Positions 19,558 to 29,771 are shown, counted from the stretch's first letter. The stretch: DNA of 64,000 nt from a bacterium (GCA_965203325.1 OZ241875.1:3040001-3104000); one strand, 5' to 3'. Translations and numbers: made by a program. Notes: generated by a model from the sequence alone, not told the origin.

Positions 19558-20547
19558 ATGTCGATCTCCAAACGCATTCTTGTTCTCGCAGCCGTTCTGG
19601 TCTTATGGAGCGCACCAGCGCTGGCCATGAAGTTCCCCTCGAAGCCGATGGAATTGATTTGCACCACATCGCCCGGTTCGAGCGTGGCGGTCTGGTGCCA
19701 GCTTCTCGCCCAGGAGTTCCCCAAAGTGCTCGGCGTTCCCATGCGGGTGACCTTCAAGAGCGGAGGCTCGCAGCACGAGCCGGTTCTCTACGTCTCGGGC
19801 AAGCCCGCCGACGGGCACATCATCATGCACATCAGCGCCAGCTTCTACGGGTATTTCCACCTGCCGCACTACAGGAGGTCGTACGACGACTTCCAGACGC
19901 TGGCCCAGGTGGAGAAGCACGTCTACGGCGTCGCGGTGAAGTGCAACAACAAGTACGGCATCAAGACGTTCGAGGATCTCGTCGCCTACGCCAAGAAGAA
20001 CCCCGGTAAACTGTCGATGGGCTCCAACAAGAGAGGCTCCACCCACCACCGCCATCAGCTCGCCTTCCTGAAAGCCGCGGGCATCGGGGACAAGGTCCGC
20101 ACGATCTTCTACCGGGGCGACGGCAACGTGGTGAAGGACGTACTCGGCGGCCATCTCCCCAGCGGGCAGGCCTCGCCGCGCACGTGGAGGCCGCACATCG
20201 AGGCGGGAACCATCTGCCCGCTCGTCTCGCAGACCCACAAGCGCCTCTCGCACGACCCGATCTGGAAAAACGTCCGGAGCGCGGTGGAAGTCGGCCTCAA
20301 ATACGACCTCCCGCTCCACTGGCAGGGCCTCATGGTCAAGAGAGGCACGCCTCCGGCAGTCATGAAAATACTGGAGGACGCCGTGTACAAGGTGACCAGC
20401 TCGCCTGACTACAAGGACTATCTCGCCAAGGGGACGCACATCGTCCTGGACGTCAAGACGGGATCGGAGTGGCTCAACAAGGACATGGCGAAGAACCAGG
20501 CGGTCGTGAAACAATTCATGATCGACCACAAGATCATCAAGAAATAG
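19558..20547 (+). CDS. tctC: Tripartite tricarboxylate transporter substrate-binding protein (Bug/TctC)
   Basis: AAGGAGG RBS, ATG 19558, signal peptide, FPSKPM, KPADGH, VLGGH; precedes tctB-tctA. Confidence 0.85.
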   Translation: MSISKRILVLAAVLVLWSAPALAMKFPSKPMELICTTSPGSSVAVWCQLLAQEFPKVLGVPMRVTFKSGGSQHEPVLYVSGKPADGHIIMHISASFYGYFHLPHYRRSYDDFQTLAQVEKHVYGVAVKCNNKYGIKTFEDLVAYAKKNPGKLSMGSNKRGSTHHRHQLAFLKAAGIGDKVRTIFYRGDGNVVKDVLGGHLPSGQASPRTWRPHIEAGTICPLVSQTHKRLSHDPIWKNVRSAVEVGLKYDLPLHWQGLMVKRGTPPAVMKILEDAVYKVTSSPDYKDYLAKGTHIVLDVKTGSEWLNKDMAKNQAVVKQFMIDHKIIKK

Positions 20548-20561
20548 AGGGTTTTGAGCGG

Positions 20562-20585
20562 ACGGCGGTAGTTACCGCCGTTATT
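20562..20585 (+). terminator. Stem-loop after the SBP gene
   Basis: ACGGCGGTA-GT-TACCGCCGT followed by TATT. Confidence 0.5.
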
Positions 20586-20596
20586 AAGGCGCGGAC

Positions 20597-21145
20597 ATGA
20601 CGGAACAAAAAGAAAAGAGCGCCGCGTCTCCCTATGAGTTGAAGGTTCCGATGAGGGCGGCGGTGCTGGCCACCACCGCCCTCATCCTGGGGGGACTCGC
20701 GTTTCTCTACTACGAAACCTTCAAGATGCAGCCTCCCTACGAGCCGGGGTATCCGGGCGACGCCTTTTTCCCTCGGCTGGCGCTCGGTTTCTCGATTATC
20801 TGGGCGGTGATCATCCTGGCGCGCGGGTTTTTCCTGCCCCAGGCGGCGCAGGCCGAAGGAGACGAGGAGCCATACCTACAGGGGCATTGGCTGGAGTTCG
20901 CCTCCATCGTCGTTTTCGTTTACCTCTACGCGCTTCTACTCGAACCGATAGGGTTCGAGATCATGACCATTGTGCTCATGATGTGCCTGCTGGTTCCGCG
21001 CATGCGTGTGGAATCGGCGCCGCGCGGCGCGCTGCTGCTGGGTTTCGCGTTGTCTTTTGTGACGATGATCGTCCTGTATCTGGGACTGGTGCCGATGCTG
21101 AATATCCCGTTGCCGCTCAAATTCCTGCCGATCTATATCCTCTAG
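20597..21145 (+). CDS. tctB: TctB-family small permease
   Basis: About 4-5 TM segments, GDAFFPR, LLEPIGF, C-terminal IPLP. Confidence 0.85.
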   Translation: MTEQKEKSAASPYELKVPMRAAVLATTALILGGLAFLYYETFKMQPPYEPGYPGDAFFPRLALGFSIIWAVIILARGFFLPQAAQAEGDEEPYLQGHWLEFASIVVFVYLYALLLEPIGFEIMTIVLMMCLLVPRMRVESAPRGALLLGFALSFVTMIVLYLGLVPMLNIPLPLKFLPIYIL

Positions 21146-21174
21146 GGCCGCAATCGATGGAAGGGAAGTGATAG

Positions 21175-22704
21175 ATGGAAGGAACTCTCGGGCACATATT
21201 CGCAGCGACCGGCCAACTGGCCTCGCCCGCGATCCTCGCGATCATGCTGGGGGGCGTCGCGGTCGGCGTCCTCATGGGCGCCATGCCGGGGTTCGGCAGC
21301 TCACAGGCCCTGGCCCTCCTATTCCCCCTGACTTTCAAGATGCCGGTGGAGTACGCAACCATGTTCTTCCTCGCCGTCTATTCCGGGGTCGAATACGGGA
21401 GTTCCATTCCGGCCATCCTGATCCGCACGCCGGGGACGGGGGCGTCCGCCGTCACCGTTCTCGACGGCTACACCATGACCCGCAACGGACTCGCGCGAAA
21501 GGCGCTGCGCGTCTCGCTCTACTCAGGCGTCATCGGCGGCGTCACCAGTACTCTGATCTTCATCATCGCCGGCACTTCGCTCGGCAACGTCGCCTTGATG
21601 TTCGGACCGGGCGAATTATTCGCGGTCGGCGTGTTCGGCCTCTCCATCGTGGCGAGCTTCTTCGGAAAAGACGCCGCGCGCGGCTTCCTCGCCACGGGCA
21701 TCGGATTGTTGTTGGCGACGGTCGGAAGTTCGGGTTTCGGCGGACTGCGGTTCACCTTCGACCAGGGATATCTGATGGACGGAATACCGCTCGTCGTCGT
21801 CATCATCGCCTTTCTGGCCGGTCCCGAGGCGTTCAACCTCCTGGTGGAGCACCGGCGCACCATCGAAAGCAAGGAAACCGCCGCCCAGGGAGCCGCCGAT
21901 GAGCGCAACCGGATTCTGCCGTCGGAAGTCAAAAGGCTCATCCCCACCTGGATTCGCGCGAGCCTGATCGGAACGGGGGTCGGCGCCGTACCGGGAGCGG
22001 GCGGCTCCATCGCCGGGATGCTGGCCTACAGCGAGGAGAGGCGGTGGTCGAAGCGCTCGGAGGAGTTCGGCACCGGCATCATCGAGGGCGTCGCCGCGCC
22101 CGAGTGCTCGAACAACGCCCTGGTCGCGGGGACGCTCGTGCCCTCGCTCTCGCTCGGCATTCCGGGTTCTGGCGGCGCGGCCATTCTTTTAGGCGTGCTG
22201 ATCAGCAAGGGTCTGGTTCCCGGCCCGCTGCTCTTCCGGGACAACGGGACGTTCGTGATGACGGTGTTCATCGGCCTTTTCGTGATCAACCTCATGCTCC
22301 TGTGCACGGGACTCGTCGGCACCCGCGCCTTCAGCTTGGTCGCCAAGGTGCCCCGCCGCATCCTGGGGCCGTTCGTCCTGATCCTCATCGTCGTCGGCAG
22401 CTACGTGTACGCGAACTACACGGCCCACGTCGTCATGGTGCTCATCCTGGGCGCGCTCGCCTACTTCTTCGAGAAGGTCAACATTCCCGTCGTGCCCATC
22501 GTGCTCGCGTTCATCATGGGGCCGATCATCGAGATCAACCTGAGCCGCGCGCTCACGATCTCGGGCGGGGACATGTGGGCGCTCCTCTCCAGCCCCATCA
22601 CGGCGACCATTCTCGTGCTCTCCCTCATCACGGCGGTCTACAGCATGGCCGCGATGTTCCGCGCGGCGAGGCTCGGGATCACCGGCGGAGCCGACGCCGA
22701 ATAG
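21175..22704 (+). CDS. tctA: TctA-family large permease
   Basis: YGSSIPAILIRTPGT, GVAAPECSNNA, LSLGIPG motifs. Confidence 0.93.
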   Translation: MEGTLGHIFAATGQLASPAILAIMLGGVAVGVLMGAMPGFGSSQALALLFPLTFKMPVEYATMFFLAVYSGVEYGSSIPAILIRTPGTGASAVTVLDGYTMTRNGLARKALRVSLYSGVIGGVTSTLIFIIAGTSLGNVALMFGPGELFAVGVFGLSIVASFFGKDAARGFLATGIGLLLATVGSSGFGGLRFTFDQGYLMDGIPLVVVIIAFLAGPEAFNLLVEHRRTIESKETAAQGAADERNRILPSEVKRLIPTWIRASLIGTGVGAVPGAGGSIAGMLAYSEERRWSKRSEEFGTGIIEGVAAPECSNNALVAGTLVPSLSLGIPGSGGAAILLGVLISKGLVPGPLLFRDNGTFVMTVFIGLFVINLMLLCTGLVGTRAFSLVAKVPRRILGPFVLILIVVGSYVYANYTAHVVMVLILGALAYFFEKVNIPVVPIVLAFIMGPIIEINLSRALTISGGDMWALLSSPITATILVLSLITAVYSMAAMFRAARLGITGGADAE

Positions 22705-22977
22705 GCGGGGAAGATGGGGGCGCTCGCCCGGTTGTGGTAGTCTCATCAACGATATGCCCGAAGCAGAATCGCAGCCGCTGTAGTCGCCTGCGCCTTCAGA
22801 CAGGCGGTTGGCGCCCGCGTCAACCGCATACCCCCCGCTTCTGAACACGTGCTCGAGGTTCCAGGCCAGCGGATGGGGAATAAAATTCGTTCTCCAATTC
22901 TCTGCCGGCGCGCCCTCGGTCGCCGCGTGAATTTCCGATAATCGGAGGACACTAATTTTTTAGCGCAGGAGAAAATC

Positions 22978-23856
22978 ATGGGTGAAAAGCTGGGAATGAT
23001 CGGACTGGGAAAGATGGGCCTCCCGCTCTCGCGGCAGATGATGGCGGACGGCCACGAGATCGTCGGCTACGACATCGACCCCGCGCGGATGAAGATGCTG
23101 GAGGAGGAAGGCGGGCGCCCCGCCGCTTCGGCGCAGGAAGTGGCCGAGCAAAGCGACATCACGTTCAGCATTCTCTTGAAACCCGAGCACATCGAGGAAA
23201 ACACGTTCGGCCCGAAAGGCATCGTCGCTGCCGGAAAAAAGGGCCTCATTCACGTCGAAATGAGCACCATGGAGCCCTCCTTTCAGGCCGACCTGGCTGC
23301 GCGGCTCGCCGCCGAGGGCATTGAGATGCTGGATGCGCCGATATCGGGTTCCCACAACCGGGTCGATACAAGAACCATTTCCTTCATGGTGGGCGGCAAA
23401 AAAGATGTATTCGAGCGGGTAAAGCCGATTCTCGATCCGCTGGCGGCGGATGCGGCCCACACGGGTCCGAGCGGAACCGGGGCCACCATGAAAGTCGTGA
23501 CCAACCTTTTCGTCAACTCGTGCACGGCGCTGTTTGCCGAGTTGATCGTGGTGGGCGAGCGCGCAGGGCTCTCGCATGAGATCATGAGGCATTGCCTCTC
23601 GAAAGGTTCCGTGCAGGGTTCCATGCTTTCACAGACTGCCCCCAGGATGTTCGAGAGGGATTTCGCCCCGCGCGGGGCGGTGGAAATATTCGTGAAGGAC
23701 ATGGGCCTCGCGATCAAGCTTGCCGAAGAACACGGTGTCGAACTCGCCGTGGTTCCCGCGGCGCGCAAGATGTTCGAGCGGGCCGAGGCCACCGGCTGGG
23801 GCAAAGACGACGCCAGCCGCGTCATCGAGGTGTACGAAGGGAAGGATATGCAATAG
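22978..23856 (+). CDS. NAD(P)-dependent oxidoreductase, beta-hydroxyacid dehydrogenase family
   Basis: IGLGKMG, DAPISG, FMVGG, KDMGLA. Confidence 0.9.
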   Translation: MGEKLGMIGLGKMGLPLSRQMMADGHEIVGYDIDPARMKMLEEEGGRPAASAQEVAEQSDITFSILLKPEHIEENTFGPKGIVAAGKKGLIHVEMSTMEPSFQADLAARLAAEGIEMLDAPISGSHNRVDTRTISFMVGGKKDVFERVKPILDPLAADAAHTGPSGTGATMKVVTNLFVNSCTALFAELIVVGERAGLSHEIMRHCLSKGSVQGSMLSQTAPRMFERDFAPRGAVEIFVKDMGLAIKLAEEHGVELAVVPAARKMFERAEATGWGKDDASRVIEVYEGKDMQ

Positions 23857-24040
23857 TCCTGCGGCGGTGAAAGCCGGCGCCAGAGGGTGGTCTCGTTACA
23901 TCTTTACGTTCTCGGAAAATCGGCTATTTCCAGATCAATACATCTGCATTCTCCATTTGTTTTGCTGGATGAATTCGTAATAGTCTTACACCGCATACTC
24001 AGACCATAAAAATGGAATTTCACATAGTGGTGGGGAAAAT

Positions 24041-25219
24041 ATGAGCGTTGTCGATATCCAGGTGGAAGGGGGTTGCCACAGCGATTTTTCATCCGTGGAA
24101 GAAACGTTCCGGGAGAACTTCGCGAGCCGGAGCGAATTGGGGGCCGCCGTCTGCGTGTACAAGGACGGCGAGAAAATCGTGGACCTCTGGGGAGGCCACC
24201 GCGACGAAGCCCGCACGCAGCCCTGGACGGAACATACCATCGTACTCATGAGTTCCATCGCCAAGAGCATGAGTGCGCTCTCCGTCCACATGCTCGTGGA
24301 CCGGGGCCAGGTTTCGCTGGATGAGCCGGTGGCGCGGTATTGGCCGGAATTCGCCCAAAGCGGCAAGGAGAACATACTGCTGCGGCACACCATATCCCAT
24401 CAATGCGGCGTCATCTTCTGCGACGCGGCCAAGCCCGGCGACTTTTTCGATTACCCGGCCCAGGTGGCCGCCATCGCCGTGCAGGAACCCGCATGGCCCG
24501 CGGGTTCCAAGGGCGCATACAATTCCATCAACTTCGGTTTCATTCACGGGGAGATCGTCCGCCGGGTGAGCGGCAAGCGGATCCGCGACTTCATCCGCGA
24601 GGAGATTACGGGGCCCCTCGGCGCGGATTACAACGTCGGCCTCAATGAGGAAGAACTCGCGCGCGTCGCGCCCATGCACCGGAATCCCGAAAACAAATTC
24701 TGGGAGTTGGGAGAAAAGCCCGGCACGCTGCTGCACAGGGCGTGGGGGAGTCGGCCGATAGGCGTCGATTTGGTGAATTGCCGCGAGAACCGCGTGGGCG
24801 AGAATCCCTCTTCGGGCGGCCACGGGAACGCCCGCGCCATCGCGCGCGTGTACGCGATGCTGGCTGGCGGCGGCGAAATCGGCGGCGTCCGCCTGCTCCG
24901 GCCCGAAACGGTGGAGCAACTCTCCAAAGTTCAGTGGGAGGGGGTCTGCGCGATGACAGGCGCGCCCCGGCGGATGGGTCTCGGCTTCATGCACAACTCC
25001 CCGCCCAACTCGCCGATGGGACCCAACATGATGGCCTTCGGCCACGGCGGCTCCGGTGGGGCGTTCACGTTCTGTGACCGGGAGCGGAACATGGCGTTCG
25101 GTTACTGCACCAACTACCAGCCCGAGGGGAATCCCCCGGGAATTCGTGCCCGCTCCCTGGTCGCCGCCGCCTTCGGAAACGCGCCGGACTGGAAACCCGG
25201 GACGCCGGCGGAGATATAG
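24041..25219 (+). CDS. Serine hydrolase, beta-lactamase family (esterase-like)
   Basis: ELGAAVCVY, VDLWGG, SIAK (SxxK), YNS, FGHGGSGG. Confidence 0.9.
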   Translation: MSVVDIQVEGGCHSDFSSVEETFRENFASRSELGAAVCVYKDGEKIVDLWGGHRDEARTQPWTEHTIVLMSSIAKSMSALSVHMLVDRGQVSLDEPVARYWPEFAQSGKENILLRHTISHQCGVIFCDAAKPGDFFDYPAQVAAIAVQEPAWPAGSKGAYNSINFGFIHGEIVRRVSGKRIRDFIREEITGPLGADYNVGLNEEELARVAPMHRNPENKFWELGEKPGTLLHRAWGSRPIGVDLVNCRENRVGENPSSGGHGNARAIARVYAMLAGGGEIGGVRLLRPETVEQLSKVQWEGVCAMTGAPRRMGLGFMHNSPPNSPMGPNMMAFGHGGSGGAFTFCDRERNMAFGYCTNYQPEGNPPGIRARSLVAAAFGNAPDWKPGTPAEI

Positions 25220-25255
25220 CCTGCCCCCCGAAGCCGGGGTGTTTTCCAGCGCACC

Positions 25256-26488
25256 TCAGATCACGCCGTCTTCCTTGAGCTTTTCTATCTCTTCTTTCGC
25301 GAGGCCGAGCAAATCACCCAGAATCTCCTCGTTGTGCTGGCCGTTCAGGGGAGCGGGTTTGTCGTAGCCGCCGGGGGTTTTGTTGAATTTGAGCGGAAAG
25401 GCGGCCGTCTTGACGCCGCTCAGGGGACCGAGCGCGGGGTGGGGGAGGTCTTCGATCATATTCCGCTCTTTCAGGTGCGGCCAAGCGAGGATGTCCCGGA
25501 TGGTGTGGACGGGTCCGCAGATGACGTCGAAACGGCGCAGTGTGGAGAGCGCCTCCTCCACGGTGTGCTTTTCCGTCCACTCGGTGATGACGGCGTCCAC
25601 CTCGTCGTTGTGCGTGATTCGGCCGCTTAAATCAGAATAACGCGGGTCGCCCACCAGCTCCTCGCGCCCGACGGCGCGCAGGATGTTGTTCCAGTGCTCA
25701 TCGGTGCCCGAGCCGACCACCAGCCAGCCGTCGCTCGCCGGGTATGCGTTGAAAGGGGATAGGCGCATGATGCGGTTTCCCAGCCGATCGGGCAGCCCCA
25801 GCGCCTCGTAGCAGTCCATCGGCTCATCGAAAACGAGCGACAGGAGACAGTCCACCATGGAGACGTCCAGCCACTGGCCTTCGCCCGTGCGCTCACGGTG
25901 CAGCAGCGCCGTGGTGATGGCGCCGTAGGCGAACGTGCCCCCGATGCTGTCCGCGATGGCGGAACCCGCCTTGGTGGGGGGGCCGTCGGGGAAGCCGGTC
26001 AGGTTCATGAGGCCCGAAACCGCCTGGGTGACGGCGTCGTAGCCCTTGAGCCGTGCATCGGGGCCGCTCTGGCCGTAGCTGGTGATGGAGCAGTAGACGA
26101 GCCTCGGGTTGCGCTTCTCGAGCGTCGCGTAGTCGATCTTGAGCCTTTTCGTTACGCCCACCGAGAAGTTCTCGACGAGCACGTCGGCCTCATCCACCAG
26201 GCGGTAGAAAAGCTCCAGCCCGCGCGGCTCCTTGAGGTTCAAGGTCAGGGATTTCTTGTCCCGGGTCCGCTTCAGGTAGGCGATCCCCAGGTCGTCCTCG
26301 GTTTGCTTATGGAAGGACACGCCCTCGGGACCCGCGTAGGGAGGCCCCATGGCCACGACGTCGCCCGTGGCCGGGTGGTTCACCTTGATGACCTCCGCCC
26401 CCAGACCTGCCAACAGGAGCGTCGTCCAGGGCCCCGAGTAGAACTGGGTCAGGTCCAGCACCCGGAATCCTTCGAGTGGTTTCGGCAT
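25256..26488 (-). CDS. Class III CoA-transferase (CaiB/BaiF), paralogue A
   Basis: PLEGFRVLDLT, ADVLVENF, GYDAVTQA, IADSIGG, APLNGQHN. Confidence 0.93.
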   Translation of the reverse strand: MPKPLEGFRVLDLTQFYSGPWTTLLLAGLGAEVIKVNHPATGDVVAMGPPYAGPEGVSFHKQTEDDLGIAYLKRTRDKKSLTLNLKEPRGLELFYRLVDEADVLVENFSVGVTKRLKIDYATLEKRNPRLVYCSITSYGQSGPDARLKGYDAVTQAVSGLMNLTGFPDGPPTKAGSAIADSIGGTFAYGAITTALLHRERTGEGQWLDVSMVDCLLSLVFDEPMDCYEALGLPDRLGNRIMRLSPFNAYPASDGWLVVGSGTDEHWNNILRAVGREELVGDPRYSDLSGRITHNDEVDAVITEWTEKHTVEEALSTLRRFDVICGPVHTIRDILAWPHLKERNMIEDLPHPALGPLSGVKTAAFPLKFNKTPGGYDKPAPLNGQHNEEILGDLLGLAKEEIEKLKEDGVI

Positions 26489-26518
26489 GAGAGACTCCTT
26501 GGTCTGATATCACCCCGC

Positions 26519-26546
26519 CGTCATTCCGGCTTTCGGCGGAATGACG
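26519..26546. repeat. Single ATTCCGGC-family palindrome (variant)
   Basis: CGTCATTCCGGCTTTCGGCGGAATGACG. Confidence 0.75.
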
Positions 26547-26573
26547 AACCAGGAAACGCATAGGCCGCCTTTG

Positions 26574-26601
26574 GCAGGGACAGGTCGCGACCTGTCCCTA
26601 C
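26574..26601. repeat. 28-bp palindrome, REP-like (copy 2)
   Basis: GCAGGGACAGGTCGCGACCTGTCCCTAC. Confidence 0.9.
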
Positions 26602-26648
26602 GGGTGAGGGATCAACTTACATGCGGCTCATCGTTGTTATCCGTTTCG

Positions 26649-27524
26649 TTATGGCACAACTGGAAGTGGTTGACCGTCCGCCCCGCCGTTCGTCGCCGCC
26701 TTATCTTTCACGCGGCGCGCCTCGTCCATGGGGCACAGGGTGATGCAGGTCGCGCACATGTGCGGCGCGTTCTCGGTGAAGGCCATCATGCGTCCGGCGA
26801 GCTGGAGTTCGGGGTAGCCGTAGCGCGTCTTGAAGACGTCGACGGCCTTCTCCGCCGAGACTTTTTGGGGGTACATCACCATGCACTTGTAGTGGTCCAC
26901 CGCGCCGTCTCCGGGCAGCGCATGCGCCGGGCAGGGCTTGATGCACTTATACCCGCACTCCACGCAGAATTCGGGCACCACGCCGTATTGCTTGGGAGTA
27001 TCCGCTTCGAGCGGGGCCGACGTGATGACGGCCCCCAGCCGTATGCGCGAGCCGTATTCGGCGGTGATCAGGTTGTTGTTCACGCCGATTTCGCCCATGC
27101 CTGCGTTCACCGCCGCGAGCCTCAAGTCAAAAGAACCCTGCATGAACACCTCGGGTTCCGCGCCTTCGCGCAGGATGCGGAGCGAGGGGATGTCCCGTCC
27201 AGCAGGCGTGGGCAGCGCCATGTGTCCCTCATCCTCGATCCAGAGGGCGAGCCGGTATGAGAGCTTGTTGATCCAGGCTTCGTGACCGTAATAGCCGAAT
27301 TCGAGATAGCCCACCGAGGGCCGGGGCGTGGCGTTGCCGAAGGGCATCCGGCGCGCGAAGACGACGACGCTTCTGGCGCCCTTCACCAGGTCTTCGGGCT
27401 TGCAGCCGGGGAGGGCTTTCTCGTAGCCCTCGCACGAGGAAATCCCCACTAGATCCGCGCCGAATTCGCGGGCCTGCACCTTGACGTCGGCAGAGGAAAT
27501 CGCGGTGCTTGAGCCGTTTTCCAT
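26649..27524 (-). CDS. QueG/reductive-dehalogenase-like cobalamin + 2x[4Fe-4S] protein, paralogue B
   Basis: FGADLVGI, AAVNAGMGEIGVNNNLIT.EYGSRIRLGAVIT, CVECGYKCIKPCP, DHYKC, CATCITLCP. Confidence 0.82.
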   Translation of the reverse strand: MENGSSTAISSADVKVQAREFGADLVGISSCEGYEKALPGCKPEDLVKGARSVVVFARRMPFGNATPRPSVGYLEFGYYGHEAWINKLSYRLALWIEDEGHMALPTPAGRDIPSLRILREGAEPEVFMQGSFDLRLAAVNAGMGEIGVNNNLITAEYGSRIRLGAVITSAPLEADTPKQYGVVPEFCVECGYKCIKPCPAHALPGDGAVDHYKCMVMYPQKVSAEKAVDVFKTRYGYPELQLAGRMMAFTENAPHMCATCITLCPMDEARRVKDKAATNGGADGQPLPVVP

Positions 27525-27525
27525 C

Positions 27526-28428
27526 CTAGGGATTCTCCAGCAGGGCCGGGTCGATGACCTTGAGCGCGTCTTCATCGGTCCAGGATTCGCGGTGAAAGGG
27601 ATTATCCGCGAAATCGCGGCCTTGATCCATCGGGCAGAGCGCGATGCAGGTGCTGCAAGGGTGCGGCGGGCTGTCGGTGTAGGAGAGGCCCTTGGCCGCC
27701 ATGATCATGGGCTTGCCCCGGAACAGTTCCTTGAAATGGGTGAGGGCCTTTTCCGGCGCGACCAGATCCGGCCGTATGACCATGCAGCGGTAGTGATCCA
27801 CCGTGCCGTCGCCGGGCAGCGCGTTCGCGGGGCAGGCTTCCACGCAGCGAAAGCCGCACTCACGGCAGAACTCAGGGATTTCGCCGAACTGGTTGGGCGG
27901 GTCGGGCTCGAGCTTCGCCTCGGTGAACACCGCGCCCAGGCGGACGCGGGAGCCGTACTCCTGCGTAATCAGGCAGTTGTTGGCGCCGATCTCGCCGAGA
28001 CCGGCCTTGACCGCCGCGAGCCGCAAATCGAAGGAGCCGTGGAGGAAGACCCTGGGTTCGGCGCCCTCTTCTTCCACGCGGAAGTTCGTAATGTCGCGCC
28101 CGCACGGGGTGGCGCCCGAGAGGAATCCTCTGTCTTCGAGATGAAGCGAGAGGCGGTAGCAGGCTTCGTTCAGGAAGTTCTCGGGGATGTATTCGCCGAA
28201 TTCCATCGCGCCGATGCTCGGGTACGGCGTGGCAGCGGCGAAGGGGACGCGCTTGGCGACCACGATTACGCTGTTCGCCATGTTGAAGAGGTCCCTGGGC
28301 CGGCGGCCCGGCTGCGCTTCCGCGAAATCCTCCGCCGATGCGACCCCCGCGAGGTCGGCGCCCAGCTCGCGGGCGAGGCGCTTTACCTCTTGCGTATCAA
28401 TGGGTTTTCGGGCCTCGGTTCGGTCCAT
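27526..28428 (-). CDS. QueG/reductive-dehalogenase-like cobalamin + 2x[4Fe-4S] protein, paralogue A
   Basis: LGADLAGVA, AAVKAGLGEIGANNCLIT.EYGSRVRLGAVFT, CRECGFRCVEACP, DHYRC, CSTCIALCP. Confidence 0.82.
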   Translation of the reverse strand: MDRTEARKPIDTQEVKRLARELGADLAGVASAEDFAEAQPGRRPRDLFNMANSVIVVAKRVPFAAATPYPSIGAMEFGEYIPENFLNEACYRLSLHLEDRGFLSGATPCGRDITNFRVEEEGAEPRVFLHGSFDLRLAAVKAGLGEIGANNCLITQEYGSRVRLGAVFTEAKLEPDPPNQFGEIPEFCRECGFRCVEACPANALPGDGTVDHYRCMVIRPDLVAPEKALTHFKELFRGKPMIMAAKGLSYTDSPPHPCSTCIALCPMDQGRDFADNPFHRESWTDEDALKVIDPALLENP

Positions 28429-29106
28429 GGGAACCCTCGGGTTTCCGGTGTCGGCTCCGTTCGGTGACCTGGAACGGCTCGTCCTCTCGCGGCATTTGCC
28501 TAACGCCTGAGTCTTCATACGAGAGGATGGATTGAATCTATCACAGCGGCGCGATGAGGCAAAATCGCATCATGCGGGCCGTTCGATGCGCTTTTGCGCG
28601 GAATGCGCGCATTTCCCCGCATTTGCGGTCATCGCGGGCGCGGCGGACCATGGCAGAATCCCCCTGCGCTTGGGTGTCCCGGGCGTCATATCCCCGGAAA
28701 ATAATTTTCAGGAATTTATCGAAAAACCTCGTGAATTTATCTAATTTTATCGCATTTTTCAGGAATTATTATTTGCATTTTGCGCCTTCCGCGTCTTGCC
28801 CGAGCGGCGGCCCGATTTCTGCGGGCAGCACCCCTACCGCCGCCTGAAAAACGAAGGCCGACGGATGGGCCTCTCCAGCATACCCCGTCGACGCGAAAGA
28901 CCCCCGGCGCCAAATGCGGGGAATTGCGGGGGTCGCCTCTTCGTTCACCGGAGCCACTCTCGCGCCCGACACGGACGTCGCGCGCCAGGGTGCGCGTCAA
29001 CTGACGCCGCATTGACACCGCTCCCACCGCGTGAAAGCATCGCGGAAAACATCACCAACCAAGCGGGCGCTCTTGCCGCCTCCCGCCTCTCGATAAGGAG
29101 AGAAAT

Positions 29107-29703
29107 ATGATTCGGCGTATCGCTCGGTGTGCGGCCGCGGCATGTCTCGCGGTTTTCGCGGCGCTCGCGTTCTTCTCGCATCATGCGCAAGGCATGGAAA
29201 AGCAAGTCGTCTTCATCAAGGCGTTTTATCCCCTGGATGAGCCGAGGTTTCACTGCATCGACATCCCCGGCCACCGCGACCGCGTGAGAACCACAGCCGC
29301 CCTCGTCGTGCATACCTGCAAGGAGGGCATCTGGAACCTCGATGGGCAGTTCGACCCCGCCGCCGTAAAGAAGGGCATGCTCCGGATGCCCGAATACGAT
29401 CTGTGCGTCGCGGCGGCCTCCCCGACCGACGGCGCGAAGCTCGTGCTCAAAAAGTGCGGCGGCGCGGCTCTCCAGAACTGGCGCTTCGAGAACTACCGCT
29501 TAAGCCTGAAAGCGCATCCCGACAAGTGCATCACCATCGGCACGGAACCCTCCCGCCTCACGCGGGGCGGGCGCAGGCTGCCGAGCCGCCACATGGCGCG
29601 CTCCCTGGCCCTCGGGACGTGCTCCGAGGATGCGCTCGAGAGACAGCTCTGGCGGCTGGAAAAACCCATGAAGCGCACCGGCTCCATCATGCCGTTCAAG
29701 TGA
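29107..29703 (+). CDS. Exported ricin-B/beta-trefoil-like protein
   Basis: AAGGAG RBS; signal peptide; CIDIPG, paired Cys and QxW motifs (QNW, QLW). Confidence 0.7.
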   Translation: MIRRIARCAAAACLAVFAALAFFSHHAQGMEKQVVFIKAFYPLDEPRFHCIDIPGHRDRVRTTAALVVHTCKEGIWNLDGQFDPAAVKKGMLRMPEYDLCVAAASPTDGAKLVLKKCGGAALQNWRFENYRLSLKAHPDKCITIGTEPSRLTRGGRRLPSRHMARSLALGTCSEDALERQLWRLEKPMKRTGSIMPFK

Positions 29704-29771
29704 GGCGAGGCGCAGGGGCAGGCCCTCCTCGGGGCTGTCCTGCCCCCGCTCGCCTCCTCGCCTTGAAAACC

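Noticed and set aside
28430..29100. Cobalamin riboswitch upstream of the QueG-like pair
   Set aside because: The conserved elements (AGGGAA, ACTGT, GCCACTG, B12 box) were not found in order on the minus strand; an Rfam scan would be decisive
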